From positions 3,164,502 through 3,215,462 of the forward strand of contig NC_057753.1 of NCBI RefSeq assembly GCF_004010195.1: DNA of 50,961 bases, read 5' to 3'. The DNA is from Chiloscyllium plagiosum (taxonomy: Eukaryota). The notes beneath the pieces are model-generated. The model saw only the letters and a list, made by a program, of their open reading frames with translations. It did no database searches and was not told the origin of the DNA. Position numbers and translations under genes: made by a program. This document shows positions 1-12,858 of the stretch, one piece after another; position 1 is the first letter of the stretch, and each line of letters starts with the position of its first letter.

Positions 1-232
1 CTGTTTCACTCAGAGGGTGGTACGTGTATGGAATGAGCTGCCAGAGGATGTGGTGGAGGCTGGTACAATTGCAACATTTAAGAGGCATTTGGATGGGTAT
101 ATGAACAGGAGGGGTTTGGAGGGATATGGGCCGGGTCCTGGCAGGTGAAACTAGATTGGGTTGGGATATCTGGTCAGCATGGACAGGTTGGACCGAAGGG
201 TCTGTTTCCGTGCTGTACATCTCTATGACTCT
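1..232 (+). mobile_element. CR1 (HER1-like) LINE 3' end
   Basis: ORF2 C-terminus (RVVRVWNELP-type) plus 3' UTR ending in ...CTATGACTCT. Confidence 0.9.
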
Positions 233-1758
233 CGGTGTACCCTAGAACTCTGTGGGAAGCTAGAGAAGTGATTGCTGGACCTCTTACTGAGATATTTGTA
301 TCATCGATAGTCACAGGTGAGGTGCTGGAAGGGTAAAGGTTGGCTATGTTATGCCACTATTTAAGAGGGGTGGTAAGGACAAGCCAGGGAACTATCGACC
401 AGTGAGCCTGACGTCAGTGGTGGGCAAGTTGGAGGGAATCCGGAGGGATAGGACATACATGTATTGGGAAAGGCAAGGACTGATTCGGGATAGTCAACAT
501 GGCTTTGTGCATAGGAAATCATGTCTCACAAACTCAATTGAGTTTTTTGAAGAAGTAACAAAGAGGATTGATGAAGGCAGAGCGGTAGATGTGATCTATA
601 TGGACTTCAGTAAGGCGTTCGACAAGGTTCCCCATGGGAGACTGGTTAGCAAGGTTACATCTCATTGAATACAAGGTGAACTAGGCATCTGGATACAGAA
701 CTGGCTCAAAGGCAGAAGACAGAGGGTGGTGGTGGAGGGTTGTTTTTCAGACTGGAGGCCTGTGACCAGTGGAGTGACACATGGATTGGTGCTGGGTCCA
801 CTACTTTGTCATTTCTTTAAATGATTTGAACACAAGAGGTATAGTTAGTAAGTTTGCTGATGACACCAAAATTGGAGGTGTAGTGGACAGCGAAGAAAAT
901 TACCTATTACAACAGGATATTGATCAGATGGGCCAGTGGGAGCAGATGGTGTTTAATTTAGATAAGTGTGAGGTGCTGCATTTTGGGAAAGCAAATCTTA
1001 GCAGGACTTATACACTTAATGGTAAGGTCCTAGGGAGTGTTGCTGGACAAAAACTTTGGAATGCAGGTTCGTAGCTCTTTGAAAGTAGAGTCGCAGGTAG
1101 ATAGGATCGTGAAGAAGGTGTTTAGTATGGTCTTTATTGGTCAAAGTTTCCTTTGTTGGTCAGAGTGCTGAGTATAGGAGGTGGGGGGTCGTGTTGCAGC
1201 TGTACAGGATATTGGTTTGGCCACCGTTGGAATATTGCATGCAATTCTTATCTCCTTCCTATCGGAAGGATGTTGTGAAACTTGAAAGGGCTCAGAAAAG
1301 ATTTACAAGGATGTTGCCAGGGTTGGAGGGTTTGAGCTATAGGGAGAGATGGATTTGCTGGGGCTGTTTTCCCTGCAGCGTCGGAGACTGAGTAGTGACC
1401 TTCAAGAGGTTTATAAAATCATGAGGGGCATGGATAGGATAAATAGACAAAGCCTTTTCCCTGGGGTGGTGGAACTATAGGGCAGAGGTTTAGGGCGAGA
1501 GAGGAAAGATATAAAAGAGACCTAACTTTTTCATGCAGAGGGTGGTATGTGCGTGGAATGAGCTAGCAGAGAAAGTGGTGGAGGCTGGTACAATTGCAAT
1601 ATTTAAAGGCATTGAGATGGGTACATGAATAGGAAGGCTTTGGAGGGATATGGGACATGTGCTAGCAGGTGGGACTAGAATAGGTTGGGATATCTGGTCA
1701 GCATGGACGGGCTGGACTGAAGGGTCTGTTTCCAAGCTGTACATCTCTGACTCTATGA
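233..1758 (+). mobile_element. 5'-truncated CR1 LINE, decayed RT to 3' end
   Basis: PGNYRPVSLTSVVGK, YMDFSKAFDKVPH, KFADDTK motifs broken by frameshifts; CR1 3' tail. Confidence 0.93.
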
Positions 1759-1764
1759 TAGAGG

Positions 1765-1850
1765 ATCTCATTGAAACTTACAAAATAGTGATAGGTCTGG
1801 AGACAGTGGTGTCTCTGGGCCTGTCAGTATTTTGTAAGTTTCAATGAGAT
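1765..1850. repeat. Fold-back palindrome of a CR1 fragment
   Basis: ATCTCATTGAAACTTACAAAATA ... TATTTTGTAAGTTTCAATGAGAT perfect 23-bp arms plus about 18 bp imperfect inner arms, 4-nt loop; arm reads DLIETYKI. Confidence 0.85.
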
Positions 1851-1898
1851 GATGGTTCCACACGTATACGTAACCAGGACATCGGGCACAGCTTGAGA

Positions 1899-2128
1899 TC
1901 GGAATCAAGATTAGAGTGGTGCTGGAAAGGGACAGCAGGTCAGGCAGCATCCGAGGAGCAGGAGAATCGACGTTTTGGGCAAAAGCTCTTCATCAGGAAT
2001 CCTAATGAAGGGCTTTTGCCCGAAACATTGAATCTCCTGCTCCTCAGATGCTGCCTGACCTGCTGGGCCTTTCCAGCACCACTCTAATCTTGACTCTGAT
2101 CTCCAGCATCTGCAGTCCTCACTTTCGC
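1899..2128. mobile_element. Short hairpin PLE insertion (family P1, inverted pLTR pair)
   Basis: About 100-bp inverted arms centred near 2000; imperfect flanking duplication CACAGCTTGAGAT/CACAACCTGAGAT. Confidence 0.8.
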
Positions 2129-2213
2129 CACAACCTGAGATTGGATGACCCTTCAAAACTGAAACGATAAGCAATTCCTTCAGCCAAAGGATGGTGAATC
2201 CATGCAAATTTGA

Positions 2214-2535
2214 GGCGGCACAATGGCATAGTGGTTAGCACTGCTGCCTCACAGCGCCAGGGACCCGGGTTCAATTCCCGCCTCGGACAACTGTCTGTGT
2301 GGAGTTTGCACATTCTCCCCGTGTCTGTGTGGGTTTCCTCCGGGTGCTCCGGTTTCCTCCCACAATCCAAAAATGTGCAGGTTAGTTGAATTGGCCATGC
2401 TAAATTGCCCGTAGTGTTAGGTGAAGGGGTAAATGTAGGGGAATGGGTTTGGGCGGGTTGCTCTTCGGCGGGTCGGTGTGGACTTGTTGGGCCGAAAGGC
2501 CTGTTTCCACACTGTAAGTAATCTAATCTAATCTA
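2214..2535 (+). mobile_element. HE1-like tRNA-derived V-SINE, full length
   Basis: A box TGGCATAGTGG, B box GGTTCAATTCC, V-domain, CR1-type tail with (TCTAA)n. Confidence 0.92.
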
Positions 2536-3060
2536 AACTCAGTGCTCTCGAAGACTCTGGAGCCCATGACATTGAATGTATTTAAGACAGAGATAGGTAG
2601 GTTCTTCACTAGTAAGGCAATCAAAGGTTGCAGGGAGAAGGCAGGAGGATGGGGTTGAGAAAGGTATCAGCCATGATCAAATGTTGAGCAGACTTGATGA
2701 GCTGAATGGCCTAACTTTGCACCTGCACCTTATGGCCTTATGATTTATTAATTGGCTCAGAGTACAAGACTATGAAGGTTATGACGAACTTATGGAGGAA
2801 TGAATTAGACCTCAGCTGGAATAACGCATTCAGTTTGAAATGCCGCACTAAAGGAAGAATGTGAATGCACCAGACAGAGTGCAGAAAGGGTTTACAACAA
2901 TTCTTCCAGGATGAAAATCTTCAGTTGAGGGCAAATCAGAGTACTTGGCTGTGTTTTCCCGGGAAAACAGACTAAGAGGACGTTTGTTACAACTTTTTGA
3001 AATCACGTCTGTAGAGTAGATAGGGAGAAACTGTTCTTGTTACTAAAAGTGTTTTCCAAA
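2536..3060 (+). mobile_element. Old, diverged CR1-type LINE fragments
   Basis: Degenerate CR1 3' end (GAATGGCCTAA...TTATG) and RT C-terminal similarity. Confidence 0.55.
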
Positions 3061-3129
3061 AGGGCAAACATAAAGCAAGCAAAGGTTTTCACACACAGTA
3101 CAAGGAGCGAGTCAAACAGTCAGGGCAAG

Positions 3130-5330
3130 CAGGAACAAAGTAGGACTGATACATTTACTTCAATGCAAGAGGTCAACCGAGAAGGCAGATGGACATGGTT
3201 AGGAACATGGCATTGGGATATGATAGCAACTACAGAGACGTGGCTCAGAGATGGACAGAACTGGCAGCTTAATGTTCCAGGATACAAATGCTACAGGAAG
3301 GACAGAAAGGGAGGCAAGAGAGGAGGGGGAGTAGCGTTTTGGGCAAGGGATAACATTGTGGATGTACTGAGGGAGGATATTCCAGGAATACATCCAGGGA
3401 AGTTATTTGGGTGGAACTGAGAAAGAAGAAAGGGATGATCACCTTATTGAGATTATGTTATAACCCCCGCTAATAGCCAGCGGGAAATTGAAAAACAAAT
3501 TTGTAAGGGAATTTCAGCTTTCTGTCAGAATAATAGGATGGTTATGGTCGGGGATTTTAACTTTCCAAACATAGACTGGGACTGCCATAGTGTTAAGAGT
3601 TTAGATGGAGAAGAATTTATTAAGTGAGTATATGGAGGTACTTTACTAAAAAAGTTGCAAAACTAGACCTACTCTTGGGGAAAAAAGGCATAGCAGGTGA
3701 CTGAGTTATCCGTGGGGAAGCACTTTGGGGCCAGCGACCATAAATCTATTAGTTTTAAAATAGTGATGGGAAAGGATAGGTATGATCTAAAGGTTAAAGT
3801 TCTAAATTGGAGAAAGGCCAATTTTGATGGTATTAGGCAAGAAACTTCATAAGTTGACTGGGGGCAGATGTTCACAGGTAAAGGGACGGCTGGAAAATGG
3901 GAAGCCTTCAGAAATGAGATAACAAGAGCCCAAAGACAGTATATTCTTGTCAGGATGAAAGGCGAGGCTCGTAGACGTAGGGAATACTGGATAACTAGAG
4001 AAATTGATGTGTGTTGAAGAAAAAAAAAAGGAAGCAAATGTCAGGTATAGACAGAAAAGATTGAGTCAATTCTTGAAAGAGGATAAAGGCAGTTGGAGCA
4101 TATTTTAAGAAGGAAATCAGGAGGGCAAAAAGAGGACATGAAATAACCTTGGCAAATAGGGTTAAGGAGAATCCAAAGGGATTTTATAAATATATTAAGG
4201 ACAAACGGTTAACTAGGGAGAGAATAGGGACCCTCAAAGATCAGCTAAGCAGCCTATGTGTGGAACCACAGAAGATGGGGGAAAATACTAAACAAGTATA
4301 TTGCATCAGTATTTACTGTGGAGAAGGACATGGAAGACATACAATGTGGGGAAATTGATGGTGACACCTTCAAAAATGTCCATATTACAGAGGTGGTGGT
4401 GCTGTATGTCTAAAAATGTATAAAACTCCCCAGGATCAAATCAGGTGTACCAAAGAACTCTGTGGGAAGCTAGGAAACTGATTGCTCAGCCTCTTGCTGA
4501 GATATTTGTATCATCAATAGTCACAGGTGAGGTGCCAGAAGACTGGAGGTTGGCTAACGTGGTGCCACTATTTAAATAAGGCAGTAAGGAAAAGCCAGGG
4601 AACTAGAAATCAGTGAACCTGACATCGGTGGCGGGCAGGTTGTTGGAGGAAATCCTGAGGGACAGGATTTACATGTACTTGAAAGTCAAGGACTGATGAG
4701 AGATAGTCAACATGGCTTTGTGCGTGGGGAACCATGGTTCACGGACTTGATGGAATTCTTTCAAGAAGTAACAAAGAGGATTGACGAGGGCAAAGCGGTG
4801 GACGTGGTCTATATGGACTTCAGTAAGGCATTCGACAAGGTCCTCATAGTAGACTGGTTAGCAAGGTTAGATGTCATGGAATACAGAACTGGCTCAAAGG
4901 TTGAAGACAGAGGGTGATGGTGGAGGGTTGCTTTTCAGACTGGAGGCCTGTGACCAGTGGAGTGCCACAAGGATCGGCGCTGGGTTCACTGTTTTCATCA
5001 TTTGTATAAATGACTGGGATGTGAGCATAAGAGGTACAGTTAGTTAAGTCTGCAGATGTCACCAAAATTAGAGGTGTAGTGGACAGCGAAGGTTACCTTA
5101 GATTACAACGAGTACTTGATCAGATGGACAAATGGGCTGAGGAGTGGCAATTGGGGTTAACTTACATAAATGGAAGGTGCTGCATTTTGGAAAGGCAAAT
5201 CAGTGCAGGATTTATACACTTAATGGGAAGGTCACAAGGAGTGTTGCTGAACAAAGAGACCCTGGAGTGCAGTCTCACTTTCTTGAAAGCAGAGTCACAG
5301 GTAGATAGGATAGTGAACAAGGTGCTTGGT
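3130..5330 (+). mobile_element. CR1 LINE ORF2 (APE endonuclease + RT), decayed
   Basis: ATTETWL...NVPGYKCYRKDR, GDFN, SDH (APE); YMDFSKAFDKV (RT); many stops. Confidence 0.92.
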
Positions 5331-5384
5331 ATGATGAAGGAGCAGCGCTCTGAAACCTAGTACTTCCAAATAAACCCACTGGCC

Positions 5385-5778
5385 CTGGTGTTGAGTGATT
5401 ATTAACTTGCCACTGTCCCTACATCCCATGGCACATGCTGAGCTGCTCCGCGCTGGCTCACGGGAAGCGACAGGACTGGGCATGCGCACTGGCTCCCAAC
5501 GGCCGCCCAAACCGCCCCCACCAAGATGGCTCCCAACGGCCTCGCCGCCGAGAACGGAACCATCGCTCCACTCCGGTTCAACTGGTGTTGAGTGATTATT
5601 AACTTTCCACTGTGCCTACATCCCATGGCACATGCTCAGCTGCTCCGCGCTGGCTCACGGGAAGCGACAGGACTGAGCATGCGCACTGGCTCCCAACGGC
5701 CGCCCAAACCGCCCCCACCAAGATGGCTCCCAACAGCCTCGCCGCCGAGAACGGAACCATCGCTCCACTCCGGTTCAA
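5385..5778. repeat. Tandem duplication, 197-bp unit x2
   Basis: Units start at 5385 and 5582; five substitutions counted. Confidence 0.92.
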
Positions 5779-6110
5779 ACGTCGCCTCGCCGACTCAAAC
5801 CATTCCCAACGCGCTTATAAAACCTTCCGATCCGCCCTCCCACCTCTGCTCGCGCTTCCCCGCCAACCTGAGCGCGAAATCAGCCGCCATGAACTTCCGC
5901 CCGTCCGTCCGTCCGTCGGCTTCTCTCACGATGGAGCTGCCCGTCGGCACTGCGCATGCTCGGTGGCGGTCCCGGGTGATTGACTGGGATCCCGGACCAA
6001 TAGGGAAGAGAGGGGCGGGCTGGCCGGACGCATGAAGTTGGGCCCCTCCAGCCAATCGGAGTGAATAGGGGGCGTGGCTACCTCGCCGGCTGAAACCCCG
6101 CCTCCTTTCG
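5440..6110. promoter_or_regulatory. CpG-island promoter-like region
   Basis: CpG-rich; NRF1-like GCATGCGCA, YY1 CAAGATGGC, ETS CTTCCG, CCAAT boxes (about 5997, 6052), GC boxes. Confidence 0.65.
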
Positions 6111-6117
6111 TCAAACT

Positions 6118-6321
6118 GACTTGTCTCAATCTCAGGGAGTCCCTCACCCATTGTACTCTATGCTACTTTCTCCCCACCCCCCCCCTCCTCTCGCTTATCT
6201 CTCCACACTTCAGGCTCTCTGCCTTTATTCCTGATGAAGGGCTTTTGCCCGAAACGTCGATTTTCCTGCTCCTCAGATGCTGCCTGAACTGCTGTGCTCT
6301 TCCAGCACCACTAATCCAGAA
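6118..6321 (+). mobile_element. PLE family P1 3' end/pLTR
   Basis: Matches the 3' end of the RT-bearing copy at 38327-39510. Confidence 0.85.
6227..6262 (+). ncRNA. Minimal type I hammerhead ribozyme (P1)
   Basis: attc-CTGATGA-a-gggc-tttt-gccc-GAAAC-GTC-gatt; intact core, stem II, palindromic ACGT helix III. Confidence 0.8.
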
Positions 6322-6554
6322 TCCCTTTCTAAATAAACAGCTGCACTTGCACATTTCGGATCCTCTGGGATTTTCCACAATCTGAGGGGTTTTGTTTTTG
6401 GACAATTGCAACCGTTGCATCGTCTATCTCTGCAGAATACAAAAGTGTGAGCCATCAGGGCAGGGACTGATCTGCCTTTAGCCCCATTAGGTTTACCTCA
6501 TACTAATTTTCTAGACCTCCCCCCCCCAACTCTCTTTTTTTGCAAACCATGGCT

Positions 6555-7425
6555 TGGAAGGGCCGGTGTTGGACTGGGGTGGACAAAGTTAAAAATCACA
6601 CCACACCAGGTTATAGTCCGACAGGTTTATTTGGAAGCACTAGCTTTCGGAGCGCTGCTCCTTCATCAGGTGGTAATGGAGTAAACAGAATTTATAGCAA
6701 AAGTTTACAGTGTGATGCAACTGAAATCCCACAGAATGTAACTAAAAGCTACATTCTCAAGTCAACTTTAAGAACAGGTGCCATGTTGGCCCATATAATG
6801 CATTGAAGGTGTGAGGTTAAAACCTGACTGTCTGTGTTCCAGTGTTCAGACTGATACTTTTTTTTAAAAAAAGGGATTCACAGAATCTGATGTGGATTCA
6901 TGCAGTTTTTAAGCAAAATCAAAAGTAATTCTGCAAGTACAAATTCATCCCACAGACTTATATGTGTGTGTGTGGAGGGGAGGTGTGAGTGTCTGTGAGA
7001 ACGTGTGTATGTGTGTGAGTGTAAAGGGGTATACGTCTGTGAAAGTGAGTGGGTGTGAGTGTGGGGAGTGTGTGGATGTGTGAATGTACGAGACAGAGCT
7101 TGTGTACGAGGAAGGGTCTGCATGAGTACAGGTCTGCAGGAGTGTGTGTGTGTATGGGAGATTGCAGAAACATCTGGTGTGCTGCAGGATAGTACGCATA
7201 TATGGAGTAATTAGGAAGGAAATTTGGAGTATTGGCCTTTTTTGCAAGACCGTATATAAAAGTAGGCCAATACATTTATTTGAAAGCAATAGTTTTTGGA
7301 GCGCTGCTCCTTCAACAGGTGGTTCATCCGAAAGCTAGTGCTTCTAAATAAACCTGTTGGACTATAACCTGGTGTTGTGTGATTTTGAACTTTGCACATC
7401 CAGTCTAACACCAGCATCCCCAGGT
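6555..7425 (-). mobile_element. PLE family P2 3' region with (GT)-rich tract and inverted pLTR piece
   Basis: AAAAATCACACCACACCAGGTTATAGTCC terminus; intact minus-strand HHR at 6638-6672. Confidence 0.82.
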
Positions 7426-7574
7426 TATAAAAGTAAGGACATCTTGCTGTCATGGTACTGGGTATTAATAGCCTTGATGGAGTGTCATCATGTATAATTT
7501 TGGTCTGTGTCGTTCACTTTACAGATACTTGGAATGAAGCGTTTTCTCAGAAGAAAAAAGACTCAATATTTATT

Positions 7575-9378
7575 CATAGAGGCACAGAAACAGACCTTTC
7601 GGTCCAACCCAACCATACCGACCAGATATCCCAACCCAATCTAGTCCAACCTGCCAGCACCCAGCCCATATCCCTCCAAACCCTTCCTATTCGTATACCC
7701 ATCCAAATGTGTCGCAAATGTTGCAATTGTACCAGCCTCCACCACTTCCTCTGGCAGCTCATACCATACACATACCACCCTCTGTGTGAAAATGTTGCCC
7801 CTTAGTTCTCTTTTATATCTTTCCCCTCTCACCCTCCCCCACCCCAGGGAAAAGACTTTGCCTATTTACCCTATCCATGCCCCTCATACTCGTGTAAACC
7901 TCTATAAGGTCACCCCTCAGCATCCGACGCTTCAGGGAAAACAGCCTCTCCCTGTAGCTCAGATCCTCCAACACTGGCCACATCCTTGTAAATCTTTTCT
8001 GAACCCTTTCAAGTTTCACAACATCTTTCCGATAGGAAGGAGACCAGAATTGCAGGCAATATTCCAACAGCGGCCTAATCAATGTCCTGTACAGCCGCAA
8101 CATGACCACCCAACTCCTGTACTCAATACTCTGACCATTAAAGGAAAGCATACCAAACGCCTTCTTCACTATNNNNNNNNNNNNNNNNNNNNNNNNNNNN
8201 NNNNNNNNNNNNNNNNNNNNNNNNNNNNNNNNNNNNNNNNNNNNNNNNNNNNNNNNNNNNNNNNNNNNNNNNNNNNNNNNNNNNNNNNNNNNNNNNNNNN
8301 NNNNNNNNNNNNNNNNNNNNNNNNNNNNNNNNNNNNNNNNNNNNNNNNNNNNNNNNNNNNNNNNNNNNNNNNNNNNNNNNNNNNNNNNNNNNNNNNNNNN
8401 NNNNNNNNNNNNNNNNNNNNNNNNNNNNNNNNNNNNNNNNNNNNNNNNNNNNNNNNNNNNNNNNNNNNNNNNNNNNNNNNNNNNNNNNNNNNNNNNNNNN
8501 NNNNNNNNNNNNNNNNNNNNNNNNNNNNNNNNNNNNNNNNNNNNNNNNNNNNNNNNNNNNNNNNNNNNNNNNNNNNNNNNNNNNNNNNNNNNNNNNNNNN
8601 NNNNNNNNNNNNNNNNNNNNNNNNNNNNNNNNNNNNNNNNNNNNNNNNNNNNNNNNNNNNNNNNNNNNNNNNNNNNNNNNNNNNNNNNNNNNNNNNNNNN
8701 NNNNNNNNNNNNNNNNNNNNNNNNNNNNNNNNNNNNNNNNNNNNNNNNNNNNNNNNNNNNNNNNNNNNNNNNNNNNNNNNNNNNNNNNNNNNNNNNNNNN
8801 NNNNNNNNNNNNNNNNNNNNNNNNNNNNNNNNNNNNNNNNNNNNNNNNNNNNNNNNNNNNNNNNNNNNNNNNNNNNNNNNNNNNNNNNNNNNNNNNNNNN
8901 NNNNNNNNNNNNNNNNNNNNNNNNNNNNNNNNNNNNNNNNNNNNNNNNNNNNNNNNNNNNNNNNNNNNNNNNNNNNNNNNNNNNNNNNNNNNNNNNNNNN
9001 NNNNNNNNNNNNNNNNNNNACCAAACGCCTTCTTCACTATCCTATCTACCTTCAATTCTACTTTCAAGGAGCTATGAACCTGCACTCCAAGGTCTCTCTG
9101 TTCAGCAACACTCCCTAGGACCTTACCATTAAGTGTATAAGTCCTACCAAGATTTGCTTTCCCAAAATGCAGCATCTCGCATTTATCTGAATTAAACTCC
9201 ATCTGCCACTTCTCAGCCCATTGGCCCATCTGATCAAGATCCCGTTGTAATCTGAGGGAACCTTCTTCACTGTCCACTACACCTCCAATTTTGGTGTCAT
9301 CTGCAAACTTACTAACTCGACCTCCTATGTTTTCAGGTCCAAATCATTTATATAAATGACGAAGAACAGTGGACCCAG
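7575..9378 (-). mobile_element. CR1 LINE RT to 3' end spanning the gap
   Basis: QWAEKWQMEFN, RPLLEYCLQFWSP, RGDLIEVY on the minus strand. Confidence 0.92.
8173..9019. other. Assembly gap (847 N)
   Basis: Run of N. Confidence 1.
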
Positions 9379-9831
9379 CTTCAGAATGCGGTGCTGGAAA
9401 AGCACAGTTGGTCAGGCAGCATCCAAGGAGCAGGAGAGTCGACATTGCGAGCATACGCCCTTCATCAGGAACATGAAGAGCTTACGCTCGAAACGTCAAC
9501 TACCCTTCTTTTGGTCCAATCTGGAACACCTCACACAATGGTTTACACTGAACTCCATCTGCCACAGTATTGCCCATTCATTTCTGGAGTGATCAAGGCC
9601 TACAACACGAGATGGTCTATCACAATCCCTTTGTCATTTTATGCTGTTGTATATATCATCTACAACATCCTGTGTCATCAGTGAATTTTAATATACGACT
9701 CTCTACGCCATTATCCAAATCGTTAATGAATGATATGAATAACTGAGGCCCTAAAACTGATCCACTGGTCACATCGTGTCAACTTCGTTACCTACCAATT
9801 TCAGTCACTTGCCTTTCAACCTATTTTGATT

Positions 9832-11510
9832 CAGTACGTGGATGTACCTACTAGAAAGAAGGTGCAAAACTTGACCTATTCCTGGGAATTAAGGTCGGGC
9901 AGGTGACTGAGGTATCAGTGGGGAAGCATTTTGGGGCCAGCGACCATAATTCTCCTAGTTTTAAAATAGTGATGGAAGAGGATTGACCGGATAGAAAAGT
10001 TGAAGTTCTAAATTGGAGAAAGGCCAATTTTGACGGTATTAGGCAAGAACTTTCAAAATCTGATTGGGGGCAGATGTGCGCAGGTAAAAGGACGGCTGGA
10101 AAATGGGAAGCCTTCCGAAATGAGATAACGAGAGTGCAGAGATAGTATATTCCTGTTGGGGTGAAAGGAAAGGTTGTTGGGGGTAGGGAATGCTGGATAA
10201 CTAGAGAAATTGAGGGTTTGGTTAAGAAAAAGATGGAAGCATATTTCAGGTACAGACAACAGAGATTGACTGAATCCTCAGAAGAGTATAAAGACAGTTA
10301 CTTCAGAGGGAAATTACGAGGGCAAAAAGGGAACGTGAGATAGCTTTGACAAATAGCGTTAAGGAGAATTCAAATGAATTTTATTAATACATTAAGTACA
10401 GAAGGACAACTAGGGAGAGAATAGGGCCCTCAAAGATCAACAAGGCCGCCTGTGTGTTCACCTGCAGGAATATTGGGGAGTATTTTACATCAGTATTCAC
10501 TGTGGAGAAGGATATGGAAGACATAAAATGTGGGTAAATAAATAGCAACATCCTGAAAAATGTCCATATTACAGAGGAGGTAGTGCTGGATGGCTTAAAC
10601 CGCACCAAGTCCCTGGGACCTGATCAGGTGTACCCTAGAACTCTGTGGGAAGCGAGGGAAGCGATTGCTGGGCCTCTTGCTGAGATATTTGGATCTTCGA
10701 TAGTCACAGGTGAGGTGCCGGAAGACTGGAGGTTGGGTAATGTAGTGCCATTGTTTAAGAAGGGTGGTAAGGACAAGCCAGGAAAATATAGACCAGTGAG
10801 CCTGACGTTGGTGGAGGGCATGTTGTTGAAGGGAATCCTGAGGGACAGGATTTACACATATGTGGAAAGGTAAGGACTGATTAGGGATAGTTAACATGGC
10901 TTTGTGCGTGGGAAATGATGTCTCCTGAAATCAATTGAGTTTTTTGAAGAAGTAACAAAGAGGATTGACGAGGGCAGAGCAGTAGATGTGATCTATATGG
11001 ACATCAGTAAGGCGTTTGACAAGGTTCCCCATGGGAGACTGGTTAGCAAGGTTAGATCTCATGGAATATAGGGAGAACTAGCCATTTGGATACAGAACTG
11101 GCTCAAAGATTGAAGACAGAGGTGGATGGTTGCTTTTCAGGCTGGAGGCCTATGACCAGTGGAGTGCCACAAAGATTGGTGCTGGCTTCCTCTACTTTTC
11201 GTCAGTTATATAAATGATTTGGATGCGAGCATAAGAGGTATAGTTAGTACGTTTGCAGATGGCACCAAAATTGGAGATGGAGCGAACAGCGAAGAAGGTT
11301 ACCTCAGAGTACAATGGAATTTTGATCAGATGTGCCAATGGGCTGAGAAGTGGCAGATGGAGTTTAATTAAATAAATGCGAGGTGCTGCGTTCTGGAAAG
11401 GCAAATTAGGGCAGGACTTATAGACTTAATGGTAAGGTCCTGGGGAATGTTGCTGAATAAAATGATCTGGGAGTGCAGGTTTGAAACTCCTTGAAAATGG
11501 AGTCCCTGGT
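9832..11510 (+). mobile_element. CR1 LINE ORF2 fragment, decayed
   Basis: KSLGPDQVYPR, PEDWR, KYRPVSLT motifs; stops and frameshifts. Confidence 0.92.
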
Positions 11511-11748
11511 CACAGAGTCGTAGAGGTGTACAGCATAGAAACAGACCCTTTCGTCCAACTCATCCATGCCAACCAGATATCCCAACCTAATCTAGTCCCC
11601 CATTTACCAGCACCTGGCCCATATCCCTTCCTATTCACATACCCATCTGCTGTAATTGTGCCAACCTCCACCACTTTTTCTTGCAGCTCATTCCATATAC
11701 GCACCACCCTGTGTGTGAAAGAGTTGCCCCTTAGGTCTCTTTTATATC
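11511..11748 (-). mobile_element. CR1 3' end
   Basis: Reverse complement of the CR1 tail. Confidence 0.85.
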
Positions 11749-11950
11749 TGAAATTATGTATTGAAAAATACCTGGATTGTTTGTTAAGTCTCTCATCTTT
11801 TCGAATGACCATGAAGGTTTGAGTGGTGAAACAATCACTTGATAAAGGAGCAGCGCTCTGAAAGCTAGTGCTTTCAAATAAACCTGTTAGACTACCACCT
11901 AGTGTTGTGTGATTTTTAACTTTGTACATCCCAGTCCCACTCCACATCAT
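11749..11950 (+). mobile_element. PLE P2 pLTR fragment, followed by an HE1 3' fragment to about 12058
   Basis: GAAAGCTAGTGCTT...GTGATTTTTAACTTTG. Confidence 0.75.
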
Positions 11951-12269
11951 AGAACGGTAGGGGAATAGGTCTGGGTGGGATACTCTTCGCAGGGTCAGTG
12001 TGGACTTGTTGGGCTGAAGGGCCTGTTTCCACACTGTCGGGATTCGATTGTATGATTCTAAAATATTCCTTTTAGAGATAGAGACAGATGTACCTGAATC
12101 AGCCTTTGCAATGTGCACATTCCCTAGATTCTCTCCATCTACCTTCAGTTACTACAAGTTAATAGTTATTCTCCTGCCCACCCAGTGATGAGAAGTAACA
12201 CTAGAGAAACTTTGCTTTGCCCCTCGAGGTTACCCCAAGTGGATACACTCTCACTCTGAAAGCCCATGG

Positions 12270-12660
12270 TCAACTTCCGCATTATGACGTCAACGGTTCC
12301 GGGTGGAGCCTGTTTGAGGCAGCCAATCGGGACCGCGCGGCCGCGTTCCATGCAGGCCCCGCCCCCCCTCACCCACGTTGTTGCGCCCCACCGAGCACAA
12401 AGGTTTCCAGGGCGACCGGCCCAGGGCCAAGATGGCTTTCCCGTCAGCCGCTCCCCTCCTCATTGTGACGTTAACACTTCGGGTGGAGCCCTGACTGAGG
12501 CAGCCAATCGGGACCGCGTGCCCGTGTTCCGCCCAGGGCGAGTCCCCGCCCACCCTTCCAAATTGTTACACTCCGCCGAGCACAAAGGTTTCCAGGGCAA
12601 CCGGCCCAGGGCCAGGACTCTCCCCTCCCCTCCCCCCTCCCCTCCCCCCCCAGACATTGT
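12270..12660. promoter_or_regulatory. CpG-island promoter-like module, duplicated with about 181-bp period
   Basis: CRE TGACGTCA, ETS TTCCGGGT, CCAAT, GC box and YY1 CAAGATGGC; units start near 12281 and 12462. Confidence 0.65.
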
Positions 12661-12858
12661 TAAAAAAATCACACTCCACACCAGGTTATAGGTTTAATCG
12701 GAAGCACCAGCTTTCGGAGCAATGCTCCTTCATCAGGTGGATCCTAACACAGAAGTTATAGCAAAAATTTACAGTGTCATGTCACTGAAATTCTACATTG
12801 AAAAATTGATTGTCTGTTAAGCCTTTCATCTGTTAGAATACAGTGATAGTTTCACTTC

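Noticed and set aside
2214..2290. tRNA gene (and similar heads elsewhere)
   Set aside because: tRNA-like head continues into the V-SINE body and LINE tail
5295..6151. Overlapping Pro/Arg-rich ORFs (also 12166-12691 and 46671-47385)
   Set aside because: Expected in GC-rich DNA; no recognisable domain
7786..9277. Long ORFs of 379-448 aa
   Set aside because: Artefacts of translating through N
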